Of a stretch of 64,000 nt of DNA, positions 55,315 to 64,000 are shown piece by piece. The stretch is from Octopus vulgaris (taxonomy: Eukaryota): positions 59,768,001 through 59,832,000 of the forward strand of contig OX597830.1 of NCBI GenBank assembly GCA_951406725.2. Direction: 5' to 3'. Numbering within the stretch: the first letter of the stretch is position 1; every line of letters begins with the position of its first letter. A program made the translations under genes and the position numbers. Below the pieces are notes generated by a model. That model worked only from the letters and a program-made list of their open reading frames with translations. It did no database searches and was not told the origin of the DNA.

Positions 55315-55366
55315 TCACACACATACCTTTACATAGCATCAGCAACGAAAGCACTATCAGTTCCAA

Positions 55367-55840
55367 GAGATAATCTTTATATCGAACGGTGTTTGTTAGA
55401 ACACCGAATACGGCGTTATTAGCGTTGAGAGAACTCCTCATATAGGCGCATGACGCATGTAAATAGAGACACACATAAATCGTAGCAGACAAAATTCTTC
55501 CCTCACGGGAGCCGGAATTCTCATGTCACGTGATTTCATTCTGTTGGAACGCACCATACTTTTTAATATGGCTGCTGGCTATTTGCGATATCAGCGTCTG
55601 AAAATTCTATATATCGTAGCAACCAGATTTGACTGGCATGCGGTCACTCGGTGCTCTCTGCAATAGAACGAAATCACGTGATATGGAAATTCCGGTGCAT
55701 GACAGACGAATATCGTCTGCTACGATCTATGTGAGCTTTTATGCACCAAGCGCCTATATGGGTGGTTCTCTCAAGGCTAATAACGCAGTATTCGGTGTTC
55801 AAAGAAGGCATCCATGTTTAGTTGGATATAAAGATTACCT
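55367..55840. mobile_element. Palindromic foldback MITE (~190-bp arms, ~90-bp spacer)
   Basis: taatctttatatc...gaacaccgaatac...tcgtagcagac...tcacgtgatttc is mirrored by gaaatcacgtga...gtctgctacga...gtattcggtgttc...gatataaagatta. Confidence 0.8.
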
Positions 55841-55865
55841 TATCTTATATATATATATATATATA

Positions 55866-56094
55866 TTTCTTTATTGCCCCAAAGGGGTTAAGCATAGAGG
55901 GGACAAACACGGACAGACAAACGGATTAAGTCGATTACATCGACCCCAGTGCGTAACTGGTACTTTATTTATCGGCCCCGAAAGGATGAAAGGCAAAGTC
56001 GACCTCGGCGGAATTTGAACTCAGAACGTAACGACAGACGAAATACGACTACGCATTTCGCCCGGCGTGCTAACGTATCTGCCCGCTCGCCGCC
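55866..56094 (-). mobile_element. SINE family A monomer
   Basis: Reverse-complement match. Confidence 0.85.
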
Positions 56095-56120
56095 TAACAC
56101 CTCGCCATATATAAGAGAGC

Positions 56121-56185
<65 letters not shown>

Positions 56186-56491
56186 CCTTATGCGTTCCAA
56201 AACTGAGTTGCCATTTTTGACGTATGGGCTATCAAAAGATTCAGTAAGCTTTTCGCTACCAACTAAACTTTACTTTCATTCACTTATTTGCATTACAAAA
56301 ATTTAAGATTATCATTTTTCTTTTACTTACCTATCGTAAACGGCATCTTTTACAGCGACCACTACAACGACGATGGCGTCACATTTTCTATATTTGTTCG
56401 CGCGTTCGTTACGTATGTTAGGCCGATGTCTGACAAATATATATGCGTGACGGTGTTTGTGTCTGTCGCTTTGCATACATTTTTGTGACGA

Positions 56492-56570
<79 letters not shown>

Positions 56571-56984
56571 CTAAAGACACAGACAGATATACATCGGGAC
56601 AGAGATAGGCTTGAGGTGTGCGTTAATGTATGTCTCTGTGTGTGTCTTAGTATATATATGTCACTCCCCCACGCATCCACCCATCCAACAGTGAAACGCG
56701 CTGTTATTGAAAGTTACAACGACTAGGTTTCATTAGAAAGTGAAAATAGTCTTACACTTTCAATTTCGACCAAAATTACAGTGTTCGATTACGAGACTGA
56801 CGATATGTGAATAATGAAAGTAATGTTTCTCCAAATTAATCACATCTGTATTATAATAAAGGAAAATGACCTAAAAATTGTGCGACCCGCGTAGTTGCCG
56901 AGGTTATTTTAGTTGTAAAAAAGAATTTCTGAGTGAAAAACATAGTTTATTTGGTAGATAGATAATAAGCAGCTGCTTGCGGCT

Positions 56985-57595
56985 ATGTTTCGTTATAACT
57001 CACAAAGTTGTCAACGAATTGTCATCCAGATCAGCTGTTTTGGTGGTTAATTTCCGTAAAAAAATTTTACCTATTTACTTTTGTTTTAAAGTGAAAGAGA
57101 GGAGAAGGTGAAAAATGTTTGAACGTGTATATGAAACAGACGTATGTGTGTGCGCGCATGTATGTCTGTGTGTGAAAGAGACAGGGAGAGAGAGGGAGTG
57201 CCACTTACACATACATGAGTACACACACGTTCACTCACTCTCTCTCTCTCCCTCTCACGCACGCACATTTACACACAAAAAGATGCATGCATATGTATTG
57301 ATGTATTTACTTATGCATAACAACATACCCCTTAAGTCACTCTCTTTCTCTCTCTCTCTTTATTCCTTACTCTCTGTATCTTTCTCCCTTCCTCTTTCTC
57401 TCTTTCTCCCTTCTCTCTCTTCCTCTTCCTCTCTCTCTCTCCCTCTCTCTCTCACACACACATCCATTTCATATACACATACGTACATCTTTCATTTTCT
57501 CTTCTCACTTTAAAACAAAAGTAAATTGTTAAAAATTCTTTTTACGGAAATTAACGAACGTAGATGACAGCTCTGCAAGTTAAAACGAAAGATTG
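56985..57595. repeat. Inverted repeat pair (56985-57100 / 57497-57595), decayed foldback element
   Basis: gttaatttccgtaaaaa...tttacttttgttttaaagtga vs tcactttaaaacaaaagtaaa...tttttacggaaattaac. Confidence 0.75.
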
Positions 57596-57915
57596 CCTTT
57601 TGAGGTCATTTTCGGACAACATTTCAATTTGCTTCTAATGTTTCACTTTCGTGCGACGTTTCACGCATGCGTAGAATTCTACTCGGACAAACATTTATGA
57701 AAGTCGACCTCGGCGGAATTTGAACTCAGAACGTAACGGCAGACAAAATACCGCTAAGCATTTCACCCGGTTTGCTAACGTTTCTGCCAGCTCGTCACCT
57801 TATACCTTGCTTTATACCTTGGCTGCTTTATACCTTGTGTCTTCTACTATAGCCTCGGGCTGACCAAAGCCTCGAGAGTGGATTTGGTAGACGGAAACTG
57901 AAAGAAGTCCATCGG

Positions 57916-57988
<73 letters not shown>

Positions 57989-58268
57989 CCAACATTGCTT
58001 GACAACCGGTGTTCGTGTGTTTACGTTCCCATAGCCTAGGGATTCGCCCACGATATCGGTAGAATCAGTATTGAAAAGAGTATGTTTTGGTGTCGATTTC
58101 TTCGACTGAAAACCCTTCAATGCGGTGCCCCAGTATGGCCGCAGTCAAATGACTCAAAGAAGTAAAAGAATAAAGACTACATATACACATGTTTTATAGA
58201 AATCACACACACACGCACAGATATAAAGATGAATATTTATATATGTATGTATGTATGTATGTATGTAC

Positions 58269-58299
<31 letters not shown>

Positions 58300-58474
58300 T
58301 GTATGTATGTATGTATGTATGTATATATGTATGTATGTATATGTGTGTGTGTGTATATGTATGCATATCTGCGTCGTTTGCTCAAACGACTCCCTTGTAT
58401 ATATTCAAATAGTCTACGTTTATTTCTGTATGTGATTCTGTCTATAAATGCCTCTCCCTCACTCACTTTCATTC

Positions 58475-58832
<358 letters not shown>

Positions 58833-59089
58833 TCGGTGGTAGCGGCAGCTGTAGCAGCTGTAGGAGCAAAGCAGACGTGGTCTGCCAAGCCTCTCTAATT
58901 CCCAATAGTCTAATAATGAATGAAACCATTCCTCCCCCCCCCCCCCCCCCCTACACACTGCTACCTTCTCTCCCTCTGCCCCTCCCCACGAGACCAAATA
59001 CAAAAATAAATAAATAAATAAATAAATAAATAAAGACAGAAAGGAAACAAAACAAAACACAAAACAAAAAAAGAAGTATCGATTAGTGA

Positions 59090-59124
<35 letters not shown>

Positions 59125-59244
59125 TGAGAAATAATAAATAAACCTACTTTATTCGTGACTGATTGGTTACTGTCTGATTGGTAAGTGTCTGCGTTTGCAT
59201 TGACACAGTTGTCGTGGGGGGGGGGGGGCGGACTTTTAGTGGCA

Positions 59245-59800
59245 TATAGGTTACCAGTGGCACAGTGGTTGGGGATGGAGTGTTAATGGTGAATTAGTTA
59301 TTAGTGAGTGTAGTTAGAGTAGGTTGACTGTTGGTGACAGATTAGCAGTGACACTATGGTCGAAGGGAGCGGATTGTCGGTGCTGATAGGTTACCAGTGG
59401 CACAGTGGTCGAGGAGAGCGGACTCTCGGTGTCGTATAAGTGGCACCAATGGTACAGTGGTTATTGGGTGAACTGTTGGTGGTAGATTGGTTAGCAATGA
59501 CCCTGCAGCTTTATAGGACAGGCATGGGCAACCATTTACGAGAAGCGGGTCTGCACGAGACATGGATCATCATCAGACAGGCCGCACAACTAAAAAAAGA
59601 ATTTCAATGTGGTTTTTTCGTCAGGTCTGTCACTCAAAAACTCCCGCGGGCTCTAGGTTGCTCATGACTGTTCTAGTGTGGCGGAGGTTGGTGATAGAGA
59701 GATTAGCAGTGACTCTATGGTTCCAGGGGTTCAAATGTTGTGGCAGATAAGCTAGCAATGACACGGTGGTTATAGAGGGAGTCCTGTTGGTGACGAAGAT
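59245..59800 (+). repeat. Degenerate ~45-50-bp minisatellite
   Basis: Recurrent ctgttggtg...agattagcagtgacactrtggt and ataggttaccagtggcacagtggt (twice). Confidence 0.65.
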
Positions 59801-60239
59801 GGTTGTAACGTTTTGGCACAATTAGTGGAGTATTTGATGGCATCGCGTTGAGATATAAGCTGCGCAGTGATTGATTTGTTTTGAATGTTAGAATGTCTTG
59901 CAATATTTCTCTTGTAAGGCGGCGAGCTGGCAAAATCGTTAGCACCCCGGGTAAAATGCTTAGCGGTATTTCGTCCATCTTTACCTTCTGAGTTCAAATA
60001 CCGGTAGGGTCAACTTTGCCCCCTATCCTTTTGGGGTTGACAAAATAATATCCAGTTGGGTTGATGTAATCGACTTACCCACTCCCCACGAAACTGCTCG
60101 TCTTGTGTCAAAATTTGAAACCAATATTTCTCTCCGGTTGTTTGCAAGATGAGTTTAAATCTCGCAATGGTTCACATCGCGTTTGATGCTATTGCTACTG
60201 AAGTCAATCACTTCTTCTCTCTTTCTCATTTTCTCTCAG

Positions 60240-60386
60240 AATGAAATCGGCTGAGCTCAGACTTGATGAGGGACGATCATTGTTACGCTGAAAATTCCTT
60301 AAATACGCGGCGGGGCTCTTAGTAGCTTTAATGTCTAGTAGAGACGCTGGCTGTAGAAGTTAAAAAAATGTTCTTTACGTGTACCA
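60240..60386 (+). other. Candidate non-coding exon (147 nt)
   Basis: Strong polypyrimidine acceptor cttcttctctctttctcattttctctcag and donor A|GTAAGT; stops in all three frames. Confidence 0.3.
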
Positions 60387-61742
60387 GTAAGTTACCTATC
60401 AGTAATAATGGTTTCAAATTTTGGCACAAAGCCAGCAATATTGGGAGAGGGATAAGTTGATGACATCGACCCCAGTGTTCAACTGATATTTATATTTTCG
60501 ACACCAAAGGGATGAAAGGTAAAGTCAACATTGGCGGAATTTGAACTTGTCCTGTTTTCCATTTTGCCCGGTGTGCTAACGATTCTGCCATCTCGCCACA
60601 CTACCTATCAGTAATGATGTGAGGTATTATTGGCATGCTGGTTATGTGTTAGTGGTTGTGTGAAAGCAACGACGTTACACCGGTATGATATCAAAAACTT
60701 ATCTGTGGTGCCGTGACAGCAATGGGTATTAATGAGATATTGGTGAAATGTTGGTGACTAGTGAAGCATTGATGAGTGTTCCACAGAGAACAATTTTAGA
60801 TATTTTGTAAGCTTTTGAAGACATAGTATCCTTGTTGGGAACCCTAACTGAGCAGACATACAATCACTGTATCCCAAGTCAGGAACTTATCCTACGACGG
60901 ACCGGCGTCCCATCCAGTTGGGGTATTTATACACCATGAAACCGGGAAAGCGGACCTTATGAGTCGGCATGACTCGAGGAAGTAACTTTACTTTTATTTT
61001 TTGTGAATTTCTCAAACTAATCAAGTGTCCTAGAACTGGTATCTATTGTTCCCTTTTTTAAAAACATGGAAGGGTGTGATTTAAGAGAAATTTGGTTGCT
61101 ATGCTATTTCTAGCAGATCGTATCGTATGCGGTCCACAACAGTTTCTGAATGGCTCGCCTAACGGAATAATTACTTCCAAATTTTTGTATTAATGCAACT
61201 AGCTTCATTGATGATCCTTCCTGTCTCGTACGGCCCGCTTCTCGGAGAAGGTTGGCCATTCTTAAAGTCGAGAGCCTTGCGTTGGCTTTTCGGATCGGGA
61301 ACGGTGATGATTTGTGATTTATAATGACGGCGACGACGACGGCAATGACGATGATGACGATGATGATGACAATGACGACGACGACGACGACGACGATGAT
61401 GATGATGACGATGACGATGATGATGATCATGATGATGATGACGACGACGACGACGACGACGATGAGGATGATGATGATGATGATGATAATGACTATGTTC
61501 GAGTGCATTGGCATTCTGTGTAAGTGGAAATGGTGATGATGTTGGTGTTGATTGGCCAATGGCTTAATTTTTTTGTTTTTGTGTGGGTGTGATGAGGGTG
61601 ACGATTGTGGTGGTGGTGGTGGTGGTGATGGTGGTGGTGGTGGTAGTAACTATGTATGGTGACCGAGCGGCGATGATTTATGCGCCGGTATATGACGGTG
61701 ATGGTGATGGTGGTGGTCATAGATACTAAGATTTATGTTATT

Positions 61743-61776
<34 letters not shown>

Positions 61777-63144
61777 GAAAGGGTGGTGGGGTGGATGCAT
61801 TCGTGTAGTGATAATAACGGTGGTGTTGGTGGTGGAGGTGGAGATGCCAGTGCATTGGGTTGGAGGGGGGTTAGCGTTGGAGGCGGGGATGCTGTGGAGA
61901 AAGAAGTGCAATGGTATGTGTGAGTATTATGATTGGATGTGATAGTAGCGATTCGGAGGAGAGGCGGTGGTCCATACACGTGTGTGTGTGTGTGTGTGTG
62001 TGATAATGATGGTTGTCATTTTGGTAGTAGTAGAAGTTGTAGTAGTAGTAGTAGTAGTAGTAGTAATAGTTGTTGTTGTAGTAGCAGTAGTGGTGGTGGT
62101 GGTGGTGGTGGTGGTGATGGTAGTGGTGGTGGTGGTGGTGGTGGTGGTGGTGGTGGTGGTGGCAGTGTGAGGAATGCGTGGTTATTGTGGTGGCGACGAT
62201 AATGACGGAGGGTTGGGGTGGGGGACGAGGACGGGCAGCGTGGTGAGATGGATAGATATGAAGGTGTGATGGTGACAGTGAATATTGTGATAATAGAAGC
62301 GATGACAGTGGTGGTGGTGGTGGTGGTGGTGGTGGTGGTGGTGGTGGTGGTGGTGGCGGTGGTGGTGGGTGGGATAAGGAGATCATCCCTTTTCCTTTTT
62401 ATCTTTTTTTATTATTCCTTTGTGTGTGGGTGGGTGAAAGGGGTGTTGGTGATGGGACATGGGTTGGATTTGGTGCATTATTTGGGGGGTGGGGGAAAGG
62501 GCGGACAGTTGCCTTGGTGAATAGAATGAAGGGGGGGGGGGTTGAGTGGAGTGATGGCTGTTCCGAGTGGAGAAGGGGGAAAGAGGATGGTGATGGTGCA
62601 GATGGTGGGGGGGATTGCAGGATGTGCATTGGCTAGAGGTGGTGTGGGGTGGGGCTGGGGTGTATTGGTGCGCGGTTCTCAGAAGACAACAATACATTCT
62701 ACGTTCTCTGTTCTGCTCTGACATCTATTCGCACGCGCACGCGCACGCACGCACACGCACACACACACACACACACACACAAGCACGCGTGCACAAACAC
62801 ACGCACACATTCACGTACTCTCACGTGCATTCTGCATATATATATATATATATATATACAAGCAAACCAATACACAATCACATACGCGGATATTTATGTT
62901 ATGTACGTATATATAGCTCAATATGCACATACACACACGCAGACACACGCAGATACGCACACACGCACATATATATACATACACACTCGCACACCTATAC
63001 ACTAACACATATATGTATCTGAGCGTTTATGTGTTATGTGTGTGTATACATGCTTCAATACACACATATGTAAGTATAGATATACACTTACGTACATTTC
63101 CTACATATATATGTGTGTGTATATATATGTGTCCGTGTGTGTAA

Positions 63145-63184
<40 letters not shown>

Positions 63185-63303
63185 TTATATATATGTATAT
63201 ACACTTATATGCATATAAGGATGTATAGTTTCTCTGTATATTCAAGCATACATTCTTATATACACATATATGTGTGCATAAATTATGCAAATATATACAT
63301 ACT

Positions 63304-63354
<51 letters not shown>

Positions 63355-63420
63355 TCTTTCCCCTCTGGTGCCGCTGCGTGTGAATGAGTGCACAGGCGTG
63401 CTCGCAGACTCCCACGCAAA

Positions 63421-63557
<137 letters not shown>

Positions 63558-64000
63558 TACATATACATATATATATATATAAATCTGATACGCACACACA
63601 CACATACTCATACAGACACGCACAAACGGCATAGACACACGCGCATTCACATTAAGGCAAGAATGTCTTTAAACACCGAAATAACAAGAGAAATTATCAT
63701 GTGATCACTTTGTCATGAATATTCATCAGTTAAGTGTAAGGCTGACCTTAGTTTGAAATTATTTATGCGTATACGTATCTGTTGTACTTCATGTGTGTGT
63801 TTATGTGGCATAATGAATACGTGTGTGTTTGTGTATATATGTAGGTAATTATGTCTGTCTGTGTGCGTGCGTGCGTGCGTGCGTGTGTATGATGCTAACA
63901 TTTTGCACAAGAATCTTCCTTTGAAACTGAATAATAGCAAGTCTCATCTAAAGTAGCTAGAATCTCTTGTGAAAAGATAGAAGACAACATTTGTCTTCAT

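Overview
AT-rich, microsatellite-saturated eukaryotic DNA. The SINE families and repeat density are most consistent with an octopus (coleoid cephalopod) genome; this assignment is from recalled repeat families, not a search. No intact conventional protein-coding gene is visible, and essentially all long ORFs in the track are microsatellite artefacts. The window is a nested patchwork of at least four tRNA-derived SINE families, LINE relics (an R4/Dong-type insertion in a TAA array, several RTE 3' ends), hAT, mariner and Merlin-like MITEs, two non-autonomous Helitrons, foldback elements, and a Penelope-like element with a GIY-YIG relic and inverted terminal repeats that each carry a type I hammerhead ribozyme with a U4C core variant. 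Most notable: (1) SINE family A concatemers at four loci, all joined at the same palindromic junction inside the head hairpin loop, two of them flanked by a single TSD; (2) the paired hammerheads; (3) a 1.9-kb register-preserving (TACA)n variant array. A few isolated + strand exon-like islands may belong to a long-intron transcript.
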